From NCBI GenBank assembly GCA_903857665.1, contig CAIOFV010000084.1:16294-80293 (forward strand): a DNA stretch of 64,000 bases. Reading direction: 5' to 3'. Within the stretch, counting starts at the first letter, position 1, and each line of letters starts with the position of its first letter. The notes under the pieces are model-generated. The model was given only the letters and a program-made list of their open reading frames with translations. It searched no databases and was not told the DNA's origin. The position numbers were made by a program, and so were the translations under genes. Below, piece by piece: positions 27,396 through 38,800 of the stretch. Source of the stretch: an uncultured Myxococcales bacterium (GTDB taxonomy: Bacteria; Myxococcota_A; UBA9042; DTJE01).

Positions 27396-30300
27396 ATGAG
27401 CAGGACGCGTCTCTGCGGGTTCCTTTTCTCGGGGGCGTTGCTGCTGTGGAGCCTCGATGTGCCGGCCGTCGAGGACGTGCCGCCCGGGATCCGCGTGGCT
27501 GGCGTTCTTCGGAACGCGGCCGGAGAACCCGTGACCGGGACCATCCGCGTCACGTTCCGGATCTACGCGAATGCCTCGTGTACTCCATATAACGAAGCGG
27601 TTGCCGACTACGACAACCAGTGCCTTTGGTGGGTGGGGCTCCCCCAGGACATGCAGGTCGTGCAGGGCGCCTTCACGGCGAGCGTGCCTTCGACCCTGGA
27701 TCTGGCGCTGAATCCCACCCTGAACTGGGAGGCGTGGTTCATCAACAACTCCGCTTCGCCCTACCTGGGAATCGAGGCCGCCGGCCGGATCCTCCAGCCG
27801 CGCAATGCCATCACATCCAAGGGGTTCGCGATCCAGTCCAGGCATGCCGAGGAGGCCGACGTGGCCTTCGACCTGGCCTGCGACGGCTGCGTGAACGGAA
27901 CGCAGGGCACGATCGCCGCCGGCGCGATTTCCAACCGCCACGTCAAGACCGACGCGGCGATCGCCGCGACCAAGCTGGCCGGCGTCGCGCTGGCGGGCCA
28001 CGGCCACACCGGCTACCTTCTGGCCAACCCGGCCCTGTCCCAGTCGGCGTCCGTCGATCTGGCCAGGACCGTGACGGCTTCCGATTTCGTGGACCAGGCC
28101 AACCTGAACTACTACGTCGATCCGTACCCGCCCGTCGGGACCACTTCCGCCCATCTCCGAGGGACCGTGCTCCTCGGGCAGAATCCCGTGGCGTCACCGC
28201 CCGCGGATGCCCTGCTGTCCGTCGGAACGACCGGGCAGTTCCAGGTCAGCACCCTCGGCCAGGTCACGATCGCGGGCCTTCCCTACACGTGGCCTCTGAC
28301 CGCCGGTGTTTCCGGGCAGTTCCTGTCCAATGACGGGTTCGGCACCCTTTCCTGGGCCGATCCCGTCCCGGCGGCAGGCACCGGTTTCGTGACCCGCTTC
28401 GCACCCAACGTCCTGGTCACCCGCGAGGTCGTCGGGACCACCGGCCAGATCGCCGTCGCCGACGGGCTGGGCCAGGCTGCCGATCCCAGGATCTCCCTGG
28501 TATCGAATCCCTACTTCCCGGGTACCGGCGCCCTGGGGCTCCCCTCCGGAACCGAGCTCCAGCGTCCCCAGAGCGGCATTTCCACGGGAACCCTGCGGTT
28601 CAACACGGACCGCTCGGCCCTCGAATACTGGGAAGGCTCGAAATGGATGTCGGTCGCCATGGACACCGACATCCTCAACGCGATGCCCGTTGGCACCATC
28701 ATGGCCTTCGCGGGGTCGATTCCGCCATCGACATGGCTCGTGTGCGACGGTTCGATCATGCCTCGCAACATCACGGTCGATGGGGTCTCCCAGCCGGATC
28801 CGTTGTTCGCGGTCATCGGGACCGCCTGGGGCGCTCCGACCTCAGGCACGTTCAACATCCCCGACCTCCGGGGCCAGTTCCTTCGCGGTGTCGATACCCT
28901 GGGTGACGTGGATCTGGACCCCGCCGGGTCTACCGGACGCAATTTCCTGAACCCGGGGGGCAATACCGGGCGCAAGGTCGGTTCCTTCCAGATGTCCGCC
29001 AACCAGGACCACACCCATTCCGCCACCCCGGTGCTGGCACCGTCGCAAGGCTCGCTCCGCGGCATGACGTGCGAGCAGACCGGGTCCGGCGCGGCGCTGG
29101 TTCCGGCGTCGAACCTGTCCGGTTCCGCGGCGCTGGCGGCCTTCTTCGGCAGCGATTCCACGCTTCGCGCCGGCGGGTTCCTGGCCAACGCCGCACAGAT
29201 TCCCGCTCCCACGGGCAACGTCTGGATCCAGAACGATCAGATCAACCTGTCCGGGGAGGCCGTCCCGGTCAATGCGGCCGTGACGTGGATCATCCGGGCG
29301 CGATCCTGTGCGAACGGCGCGTGCAGCGCGGCGTGCCCGGCAGGAATGGGCGACTGCCTCGACCTCAGCGACCCCCAGAACCCGAAGCCAGGCCAGGATG
29401 GCCTGTGCGAAACGGTCCTCACGACCGACGAGAACTGCGGCTCCTGTGGCGTTGCCTGCACGCTGCCGAACGCCTTGACGTCCTGTTCGACGGGCACGTG
29501 CCATCTGGCTTCATGCAACAACTTCCCCGCCACGACCCGGCATTCCTATGGCAATTGCGATGGTGTCGAATCGAACGGCTGCGAAACGTCGCTGGACCAA
29601 CTGAACAACTGCGCCGACTGCCTTGTGCCGTGCACGCGCCTCAATGCAACGCCCAGTTGCTCGAACGGCCTGTGCCACATCGATTCCTGCAACCTTGGCT
29701 GGGGGAACTGCAACAGCAACGACCCCGACGGCTGCGAAACCTCCCTCCGGACGATCACCAATTGCGTGACATGCGGCACGCCCTGTGCGCGGGCCAACGC
29801 CAGCGCCACCTGCGCCGGCCTGCAGTGTCTCACCGACACCTGCATCGCCCCGTGGGGCAACTGCGATGCCGGGCTGCCGGGCGGCGACGCCAACGGCTGC
29901 GAAACGAACCTGAACATCACTCCCGCGCACTGCGGCAGTTGCCCGCTGTCGTGCGTCTCGACCCATGCCACGACCACGGGTTGCAGCGCCGGCAAGTGCG
30001 TCTACTCGTGCTCTGCCGGATGGGCCGATTGCTCGTCGGCCCTCAACGACGGGTGCGAAATGAACATATGGGACTACAACGGCACCAGCGCCCGGACCCA
30101 CTGCGGAACGTGCACGAACGTCTGCAACACGGCCCACAACACGCCGATCTGCCCGTCCGGCTCCTGCGTCCCCGTCTGCGACGCGATGTGGGACAACTGC
30201 GATGGCGATTCGACCAACGGATGCGAACAAACGCTGCAGGACATCTATGACCCGATTACCGGCGCCCTGCAGGTTTCGGCAGTGGCCAATTGCGGCGGAT

Positions 30301-31073
30301 GCCGCACGACGTGCAGTTCGAACCACCAGAATCCCAAGTGCGTCGGAGGCCAGTGCGGGAGGATCGGGGCGTGCATCGGCCTCTATGGCGACTGCAATGG
30401 ATTGATCGCCGACGGCTGCGAAACACCCCTGACGACCCTGACGAGCTGTGGCTCCTGCTACCACCCCTGCTCGGGCCTGCCGAATACGGATCAGCACACG
30501 TGTGCCGACGGGACCTGCCAGCCCGCGACGTGCGTGAACGGCTTCGGCGACTGCAACCATGTAGTCGGCCAGGCCTCGGACGGCTGCGAATACAACTTCA
30601 CCAGCCCGCTGGTCCAGTTGCCGGGCACCTATCTCGGATCCGCCTGCTCGGACGACGACACCACGGACTGGCTCCACGGCGGCGCCTGGTCGTGTCCCGA
30701 CCCGGGCTGGTCCACCGTCTTCCCGGGCGGTTCGTACCAATCGACCTACACGGGAAACAAGACGGCCTACTACTACGCCGAGTGGCGCGAGTGCAACGAC
30801 CAGAACATCCTGGGCATGTACCCCTGCTCCAGGACGATCCATGGGCATGCCACGCTCGTCCCGCCCCCCGGTGCCGACTATGGCCTGTACGTCTATGACA
30901 TGGGTGGCAACTACGTCACCGGAGCCAACAACGGCGCAGGCGTGCAGGCTGATGTCGATTTCTACGCCGGCGGCAGCGTGACCTACGAGATCCGGGTTGT
31001 CTTCTTCAGCGGGACTCCGTGCAACGATCACTGGACCCTGACGGTTCTGCACAAGAACTATGACCATTTGTAG
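27396..31073 (+). CDS. giant secreted protein P1: phage tail-fibre/tail-collar-like N-terminal region + about 8 Cys-rich modules + C-terminal beta-sandwich-like domain (1225 aa)
   Basis: RBS GGAGG-7-ATG. Signal peptide MSRTRLCGFLFSGALLLWSLDVPA. Motif GTLRFNTDRSALEYWEGSKWMSV (phage fibre repeat-like). Collar domain MPVGTIMAFAGSIPPSTWLVCDGS...LFAVIGTAWG...FNIPDLRGQFLRG. Cys modules of type GNCD...DGCET....NC..CG..C. Confidence 0.8.
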   Translation: MSRTRLCGFLFSGALLLWSLDVPAVEDVPPGIRVAGVLRNAAGEPVTGTIRVTFRIYANASCTPYNEAVADYDNQCLWWVGLPQDMQVVQGAFTASVPSTLDLALNPTLNWEAWFINNSASPYLGIEAAGRILQPRNAITSKGFAIQSRHAEEADVAFDLACDGCVNGTQGTIAAGAISNRHVKTDAAIAATKLAGVALAGHGHTGYLLANPALSQSASVDLARTVTASDFVDQANLNYYVDPYPPVGTTSAHLRGTVLLGQNPVASPPADALLSVGTTGQFQVSTLGQVTIAGLPYTWPLTAGVSGQFLSNDGFGTLSWADPVPAAGTGFVTRFAPNVLVTREVVGTTGQIAVADGLGQAADPRISLVSNPYFPGTGALGLPSGTELQRPQSGISTGTLRFNTDRSALEYWEGSKWMSVAMDTDILNAMPVGTIMAFAGSIPPSTWLVCDGSIMPRNITVDGVSQPDPLFAVIGTAWGAPTSGTFNIPDLRGQFLRGVDTLGDVDLDPAGSTGRNFLNPGGNTGRKVGSFQMSANQDHTHSATPVLAPSQGSLRGMTCEQTGSGAALVPASNLSGSAALAAFFGSDSTLRAGGFLANAAQIPAPTGNVWIQNDQINLSGEAVPVNAAVTWIIRARSCANGACSAACPAGMGDCLDLSDPQNPKPGQDGLCETVLTTDENCGSCGVACTLPNALTSCSTGTCHLASCNNFPATTRHSYGNCDGVESNGCETSLDQLNNCADCLVPCTRLNATPSCSNGLCHIDSCNLGWGNCNSNDPDGCETSLRTITNCVTCGTPCARANASATCAGLQCLTDTCIAPWGNCDAGLPGGDANGCETNLNITPAHCGSCPLSCVSTHATTTGCSAGKCVYSCSAGWADCSSALNDGCEMNIWDYNGTSARTHCGTCTNVCNTAHNTPICPSGSCVPVCDAMWDNCDGDSTNGCEQTLQDIYDPITGALQVSAVANCGGCRTTCSSNHQNPKCVGGQCGRIGACIGLYGDCNGLIADGCETPLTTLTSCGSCYHPCSGLPNTDQHTCADGTCQPATCVNGFGDCNHVVGQASDGCEYNFTSPLVQLPGTYLGSACSDDDTTDWLHGGAWSCPDPGWSTVFPGGSYQSTYTGNKTAYYYAEWRECNDQNILGMYPCSRTIHGHATLVPPPGADYGLYVYDMGGNYVTGANNGAGVQADVDFYAGGSVTYEIRVVFFSGTPCNDHWTLTVLHKNYDHL

Positions 31074-31130
31074 TGAGGTCGTCGGCGTTTCCCGGGGGCG
31101 ACGAACCCCTGGAGCCGGAGGTGGGCGGAC

Positions 31131-32753
31131 ATGAGACAGCGTTGGCTTTTCCTGGCGTGCGTGGTTGGCGCCCTTTCTGCCTGGGTTCCGGAAGCGGGGG
31201 CGGCGATCGGCCAACCGGTCCCCAATGCCCTGACGATCCAGGGGGAGTTGCGTGACGTGCTGGGGGCCCCGCGGTCGGGATCCTTCGACCTGACGGTCCG
31301 CCTGTACGCTGACAGCACCTGCTCGGGCGGGGCGGGGTGCCTTCTGGACGCGTACACCTTCACGGGCGTGCCCGTCGTGGGCGGCCGGTTCGCCGTCGAT
31401 CTGCAAGCCCGGCAGGTCTTCCGGAACCAGAGCCAGGTCTGGGTCGAATTCCAGGTGGGCGCCGATACGCCCCTCGCGCGGTCGGCGGTCACCTCGGTCG
31501 GCTTCGCGGTCCAGGCGAACCACGCAGAGGAAACGCATATCGCGACCGAGCGGCTGGAGTGCGCCGGCTGCGTGACCGCCAACGAACTGGCCGACAACAG
31601 CCTGACGGATGCCGACTTCGCCTCGAACGCCGCCATCACCTGGGACAAGCTGGCCGGTGTTGCGAAGGACGTCCATGTCCACAGCGAGTTCGTCATCGCG
31701 ACCACCCCGGCCACTCCCCAGGACGCCGGCTTCAGCATCTCGGGCGCGATGAGCGCCATGGGGTTCATCGACAAGAACGCCGCCGCCTACTTCGTCGATC
31801 CGTCGGAACCCGCCCTGTCCGCCCAGTTCGCCGGCAAGGTGTCCATTGGTTATACCGCTGCTCCTCCCGGGCTCCTCGGGGTCGGCACGAACTTCGGTGT
31901 GGACGCCTCCGGCAACATGAAGGTGCGTGGCGTCTCCTATACCTGGCCGACGGTGCAGGGCGCGGGCATCCTGAAGGATCTGGCCGGGAACGGCACGCTT
32001 GCGTGGTCGTCGGCGTTCCCCAGCCTGTCCTCGAACGGCGTGCTGGCCAAGACCTCCGGAGGCCCCTGGGCGGGACGGACCATCACGGGGACTGGCGGCA
32101 TCTCGGTCGATAACGGGGACGGCGTCAACGGCAACCCGACGATCGGTATCGCGGCAGACGCAATGCTGTCCGGAACCGCCGGCGTGGTGCTTCCCACCGG
32201 GGATAGCACCCGTCCCACCGGAGTGCCCGGAGGCACCGTTCGCTTCAACTCCACGGGGCGGGTCATCGAGTACTTCGACGGCTCCCGCTGGCGCACCGTC
32301 ATGTCGAAGGCCCTGGTGGCCGCCGCCTTCCCGACGGGGATGATCGCCGCATTCGGCGGCGATCCCGCCCAGGGCGCCACGGTTCCGCCGGCCGGTTGGC
32401 TCACCTGCGACAGCCTCACCAACCCGGTGAGCCGCCTGGCACCGAACAACGCCCTCTTCAACGTGATTGGAACGCGGTGGGGGCGTGGCAACGGTACCAA
32501 CACGTTCAACCTGCCCGATCTTCATGGGCGATTCGCCCGTGGATGGGACCCGAGCGCGGTCGTCGATGCGGATGCGGCCAGTCGCTTCGCGCTGTACGCG
32601 GGCGGCGAGGTCGGGAACAAGATCGGAACGTACCAGGGCACGGCAATCCAGAAGCACAAGCACGACGGCACGGGGAACTTCAACAACCTCAATTCCGCCG
32701 TGGGTGAGAGCCGTCCCGTGAACGCGTACGTGTACTTCGTGATCAAGCGCTAG
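31131..32753 (+). CDS. secreted protein P2: short paralogue of P1/P3 (tail-fibre/tail-collar-like, no Cys-module array; 540 aa)
   Basis: RBS GGAGGTGGG. Signal peptide. Shares the N-terminal module (RLYADSTC..., KLAGV..HVH), GTVRFNSTGRVIEYFDGSRWRTV and the collar domain MIAAFGGDP...WLTCDS...LFNVIGTRWG...FNLPDLHGRFARG. Confidence 0.75.
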   Translation: MRQRWLFLACVVGALSAWVPEAGAAIGQPVPNALTIQGELRDVLGAPRSGSFDLTVRLYADSTCSGGAGCLLDAYTFTGVPVVGGRFAVDLQARQVFRNQSQVWVEFQVGADTPLARSAVTSVGFAVQANHAEETHIATERLECAGCVTANELADNSLTDADFASNAAITWDKLAGVAKDVHVHSEFVIATTPATPQDAGFSISGAMSAMGFIDKNAAAYFVDPSEPALSAQFAGKVSIGYTAAPPGLLGVGTNFGVDASGNMKVRGVSYTWPTVQGAGILKDLAGNGTLAWSSAFPSLSSNGVLAKTSGGPWAGRTITGTGGISVDNGDGVNGNPTIGIAADAMLSGTAGVVLPTGDSTRPTGVPGGTVRFNSTGRVIEYFDGSRWRTVMSKALVAAAFPTGMIAAFGGDPAQGATVPPAGWLTCDSLTNPVSRLAPNNALFNVIGTRWGRGNGTNTFNLPDLHGRFARGWDPSAVVDADAASRFALYAGGEVGNKIGTYQGTAIQKHKHDGTGNFNNLNSAVGESRPVNAYVYFVIKR

Positions 32754-32867
32754 GAGGTTCGGATCCGGCCGCTGCCGGATCATGAATCGGGCGCCCTGGA
32801 AGGTTCCGGTGGGCGCTCACCAGGTAGAAGGTCATTGCGGGCGTCGCCGTGCCGCGAGGAGGACCTC

Positions 32868-35800
32868 ATGAGGCGGGCACGTGAATTCGGATCTCTGCTG
32901 GTGGCGATCGGCATCGGGGCGTATGCCCTGCCTGCCCTAGCCGTCGTCGATCCAGTGCCCCTCACGGTCAACGCGCAGGGAGTCCTGCGCAACGTGGCGG
33001 GGGAAGGGATCACGCAATCCCTGGACGTCACGGTCCGCTTCTACGCTGATGCCGTATGCATCGGGACGGATCCAACCTGCCTTCGGGGCCAGGTAGCGAC
33101 CACCCTGTCCGTCCTGGAAGGCGTGTTCTCGACCGACCTTCCGGTGCTGGAAAGCTGGTTCCTTCATCAGTCCCAGCTCTACATCGAAATCGACGCCGGA
33201 GTCGTCCACCTCGCCAGGACCGCGGTTTCCTCGACGGGCTACGCGTTCCAGGCTCGATTCGCCGAGCAGTCGGACCAGGCGCTCGGGTTGAGTTGCGTCG
33301 GTTGCATCAGCGGAAGCGACATCCTCGACGGCAGCCTTGCCAACGCGCAGGTTGCCTCGGATGCGGCCATCGACATCAGCAAGATTTCCGGCGCGTCGCC
33401 GACGATCCACACGCACACGGGCTTCATCCTGGCCACCCCGCCGGCGGACGCCGCCGCGATCCAGGCCGCCTTCGCCTCCATCACGGGCACCCTCACGGCT
33501 CCGCGCTTCGTCGATCAGGACAACAAGCTGTACTTCTTCGATCCCTCGGATGTCGGGCAATCGGCCGCGCTGTCCCCCGGGGTGGTGATCGGGACCTCGG
33601 CGACGCCGTCCGCGACTGCGTGGCTGTCGGTTGGCGCACTGGGCGAGTTCCAGGTGGACGGAAACGGCAACGCGGCCATCGCCGGAGTCTCCTACGTGTG
33701 GCCGGCCGGTATCGGCAGCGCGGGCAAGGCCCTGTCCCAGGGATCCGGCTCGCTGCTCTGGTCCAGCCCCCCGGTCGATGCCATGGGCGCCGGGCTCCTG
33801 GTGAAGACGGGCGCGCAGACCCAGATCATGCGGAACCTGACCGGTACCACAGGCCAGGTCGTCGTGACCAACGGCAGCGGCTCGGCCGGCGACCCGACCC
33901 TCGCGCTGGCCCCGAACCCCATGCTCCCGGGCACCGGCGGCTCGCGCATCCCCGGCGGGTCCGCGACGAAGCCCAGCCCTGCCACGACCGGAATGATTCG
34001 GTACAACCAGGACCTCGGCGCGCTGGAATACTACGACGGGACTACGTGGAAGAGCGTTGTATCCGCGACGGAAATGCTGGCGTCGATGCCGATCGGCGCC
34101 ATCGTGGCCTACGGGTCCGAAATCCCTCCCGTGGGATGGATGGTCTGCGACGGCCGGATGCTGTCCCGTACGGATTACGCCGATCTCTTCAGGACCATCA
34201 GTACTTACTGGGGCAACCAGGGCAGCACCGTCGACAAGTTCAACATCCCGAACATGCAGGGGCGTTTCCTGCGAGGTGCCGACACCACCATCACCCCGTC
34301 GCTGAAGGTCGATAAGTCTCCGCGAGACAGGCTCTACGATAATGGCAACAACGATCTGGTTGGCTCGTACCAGGTCACGCAAAACCAGAACCACACGCAC
34401 ACGACGCCGATGATCCTCGGCGCCCCGCCCTCGCTGGCCTCGTCCAACTGGCTCTGCCACCCGGATTGGGGCACGATTCGCGAAAGCGATCCTGTCGCCC
34501 GGTTCCTGCGTCCGGACGGAACGGCCGACGAGGTCTCCCTGGCGCCCGGCATCACGCTGGAACTGGAGCGAAGCCTCAAGGGCCTGGCCGACGCCAGGCT
34601 TCTCGATCCCAGCCTCGTGCCCGTATCGCCCGAGTCCCAGGCCGAAGCGGTCATGACCAACCTTTCCGGCGAGGCGCGGCCGGTCAACGGCGCCGTCCAG
34701 TACATCATCAAGGTATCGAACTGCATCGACGCCACGTGTTCGAGCAGTTGCGCCAGCGGGTTTGCCGATTGCGACACCGACCCGAACAACGGTTGTGAAA
34801 CCTACCTGGGAAGCATCGGCAACTGCAACGGATGCACCATCCTCTGCGACTACAACCACGCCTCCGAGGCCTGCCGGCAGACCTCCAGCTTCGTGTTCGG
34901 CTGCCAGTTCCTGGCCTGCGACGCGGGCTATGCCGATTGCAACAACTGGCTGGGCAACGGCACCACCGATCGCGACGGTTGCGAAGTCAACCTGCCGACC
35001 GACGTGCTCCACTGCGGCGGCTGCAACCAGTTCTGCAGCACCCAGAACATCACCCGCGCCTGCGCCGGGGGAAGTTGCGAGTCCGGTTTGTGCGCCACGG
35101 GCTGGGATGACTGCAACGCGAACAAGCGCCTGGACGGTTGCGAAACCGACATCGCCGGGGGCATGCTCAACTGCGGCGGTTGCGGCAAGATTTGCAGCAC
35201 CAACAACATCACGCGGTCCTGTTCGGGTTTCGTCTGCAACGGAACCTGCAACGCGGGCTACATGGACTGCAACTCGAACAAGTTGACCGACGGTTGTGAA
35301 ATCCACACGGACGCTGACGCGACCAACTGCGGCAATTGCGGCGTCGCATGCAGCACCAACAATATCGCGCGTTCCTGCGCAGGCGGCCTTTGCAACGCCG
35401 GTATCTGCAACACCGGCTTCGCGGACTGCAACAACAACAAGTTGACGGACGGCTGCGAAATCAACCTGACCAACGACGTGGTGAATTGCAACGCGTGCGG
35501 CCGGGTGTGCAGCACCCAGAACATTGTCAGGGCCTGCGTCGGCGGCAGTTGCGAAACCCCCGCGTGCAACGCCGGCTTCGCGGACTGCAACGGCAACAAG
35601 CAGTCCGACGGCTGCGAAATCAACCTGAACACCGACGTGCTGAACTGCAACGCGTGCGGCCGGGTCTGCAGCACCCAGAACATCGCCCGTGCCTGCGTCA
35701 GCGGCAGTTGCGAAACCCCCACGTGCAACCTCGGCTTCGCGGACTGCAACGGCAACAAGCAGTCGGACGGCTGCGAAATCAACCTGAACACCGACGTGCT

Positions 35801-38800
35801 GAACTGCAACGCGTGCGGCCGGGTCTGCAGCACCGCGAACGTCAACCGTGCCTGCTCCGGGGGCAGTTGCCAGGCCGGTACCTGCACCGGGGGCTACCTG
35901 GACTGCAACAGCAACATGCAGTCCGACGGCTGCGAAGTGCCGCCGAAGTGCGACACCGGCCTGAAGGGAATCTGCCGCATCGGCGACAATACCTGCTCGG
36001 GCGTTGTGGCCCAGTGCAACATCACGAACTTCCCCGTGGCTGACAACGCCACCGTGGGCAGCGATCCGAACTGCGACGGCTGGGTGCTGGTCCCCCAGAA
36101 CGCCACTACCGGTGGCTTCCAGATGGGCCAGGCCTTCAATACTGAACCGACAGGCAGGGGCGCGGACTACCTTTCCCGCCTGGTCGGGGGCATTCCGACC
36201 GGCGACGCGTCCACGGGTCCGCAGCAGACCGCTTACGAGCGGGCCCACACCGTGACGTTCGCCAACAACGCCATGTGGAAGACGACCGAGGTGACGCAGA
36301 AGGAGTGGAAGGCCCTCTTCCACGCCTACAACCCGTCAACGTTCAAGACCTGCGACGGCGGCAACGGCGACAACTGCCCGGTCGAAAACATCAACTGGTA
36401 CGAGGCAGCGGCCTATGCCAACGCGATGTCGGGCACCAACGCCTGCTACACCTTCTTGAACGTGATCTGCGACGACTCGCCGCCCACCAATGTCGGTTCC
36501 AACGCCATCGGATGCTTCTTCGACGTCAGTGGAAACCCCATCTCTCGCGGCATCGCGTCGGCCACAGTGACGCTGTCGTCCTTGTATGCGACCCCGAAGG
36601 ACTGCCCCGGGTACCGTCTGCCCACCGAGGCGGAGTGGGAATACGCGTACAACGGTCACCTTTCCACGCACAAGGCCTTCGGCACGCCCGCGGCCACCAA
36701 CCTCGGCGTGGCGATTCCCGCCGGCCTGACGGGCGACCTGACGAACCTCCAGGCGGAGACCTGCCTCAATGCCGGGGGCGATCATGCACAGACCATCAAC
36801 GTCAGCCGCGAGGACACCCACCTGGACCTGCTCGGCTGGTACTGCTTCAACGCGGTCAACACCACGCACCCCGTCGGCCAGAAGTGGCCGAACGCCTGGG
36901 GCATCTACGACATGGCGGGCAATGTCGCGGAATGGACGTGGGATAGCTTTGGGGAAAACAACCTGGCCTACCAGGGGCCCCTGTCCATTCCGCTTGGGGC
37001 GATCTGGTTCACCAGCGCCGATCCGGTGCAGTATTCGGCAATCGGCTATGGCAACGCGTCCAAGCGGGGCGGGTCCTACCACGACTGCTCGCTGTACGCT
37101 CGTGGCGCCTTCCGCAGCTCGGCCTATCTGGGCACCCGTGATCCCGGCATCGGCTTCCGCCTGATGAAATCCATCACCTGCGGCGGCCCGGGCTGCTTCC
37201 TCGAGTGTGATCGGACGCACAAGGATTGCGACAACGACACCAAGACCTGCGAAACCGACCTCGAGACCGTGGCGAGCTGCGGCAATTGCTACCAGACCTG
37301 CGCCCAGACCAACACCACCGGCGGGTCGTGCTCGGGGTGGCCCAACTTCACCTGCACCAGTTCCTGCGTGGCCCCCTTCCTGGACTGCGACGGGAACAAG
37401 GGGACGCCCGGCAGCAACGGCTGCGAAGTCAACTCGTCGACCGACCCGGCCAACTGCGGCGCCTGCCTCGCGGCCTGCAGCACCAACAACATCACCCGTA
37501 GCTGCGTCGGCAGCAGTTGCGAAAGCGGCGTCTGCAACGGCGGGTACGCGGACTGCAACTCCAACAAGCGGTCCGACGGGTGCGAAATCAACCTGACCAA
37601 CGACGTGCTGAACTGCAACACGTGCGGTCGCGTCTGCAGCACCTACGGCATCACCCGCAGTTGCGCCGGTGGCAGTTGCGAGGGCGCGGCGTGCCTGACC
37701 GGCTACACGGACTGCAACGGCAACAAGCAGTCGGACGGCTGCGAAACCAACACGGGCGGCGACGTAACGAACTGCGGCGGGTGCGGCAGGGTCTGCAGCA
37801 CCAACAACATCTCGCGCGCCTGTGCCAGCAGCAGTTGCCAGGCCGGCACGTGCCTGACCGGCTTTGCGGACTGCAACACCAACAAGCAGTTGGACGGTTG
37901 CGAAATCAACCTGAACACGGATGCCAACAACTGCAACGCGTGCGGCACGGTTTGCAGCGCCAACAACATGGCCACCCGCACGTGCGGCGCCGGCACGTGC
38001 AACGGCAACTGCACCAACCGTTTCGCGGACTGCAACGGGAACAAGCAGTCGGACGGCTGCGAGATCAACATGGACACCGACGTGCTGAACTGCAACGCGT
38101 GTGGCAGGGTCTGCAGCACCCAGAACATCGCCCGCGCCTGCGTCGGCGGCAGTTGCGAAACGCCCGCGTGCAACGGCGGCTTCGCGGACTGCAACGGGAA
38201 CAAGCAGTCGGACGGCTGCGAAATCAACCTGAACACCGACGTGTTGAACTGCAACGCGTGCGGCCGGGTGTGCAGCACCCAGAACATCGCCCGCTCCTGC
38301 GTCGGCGGCAGTTGCGAAACCCCCGGGTGCAACGCCGGCTTCGCGGACTGCAACACCAACAAGCAGTCGGACGGTTGCGAAATCAACATCCTGAGCGGGG
38401 ACATCGTCAACTGCGGCGCTTGCGGCACCGGGTGCAGCCAGAACCACATCACGGCGACCTGCGCAGCGTACAACTGCGAAAGCGGCTCGTGCGCGTCCGG
38501 CTACCTCGACTGCAACAGCAACAAGCGTGGCGACGGCTGCGAAACCGAGATCTTCAACAACCTCAGCAACTGCGGCGGTTGCGGCGTCGTGTGCAGCACC
38601 AACAACATCAGCCGTGTCTGTTCGAGCGGTAACTGCAACTCCGGTTCCTGCACGTCGCCCTACCTGGACTGCAACAACAACAAGCAGAGCGACGGCTGCG
38701 AGATCAACCCGCTGACGGATGCGAGCAATTGCGGCGGTTGCGGCAAGGTCTGCAGCAACAACCACATCGCGACCCCGACCTGCGACGGAGCCGGCGCCTG

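Noticed and set aside
27112-27399. 95-aa + ORF in the P1 leader
   Set aside because: No RBS. Arg/Pro-rich composition. Overlaps the AT-rich regulatory-looking region. More likely non-coding.
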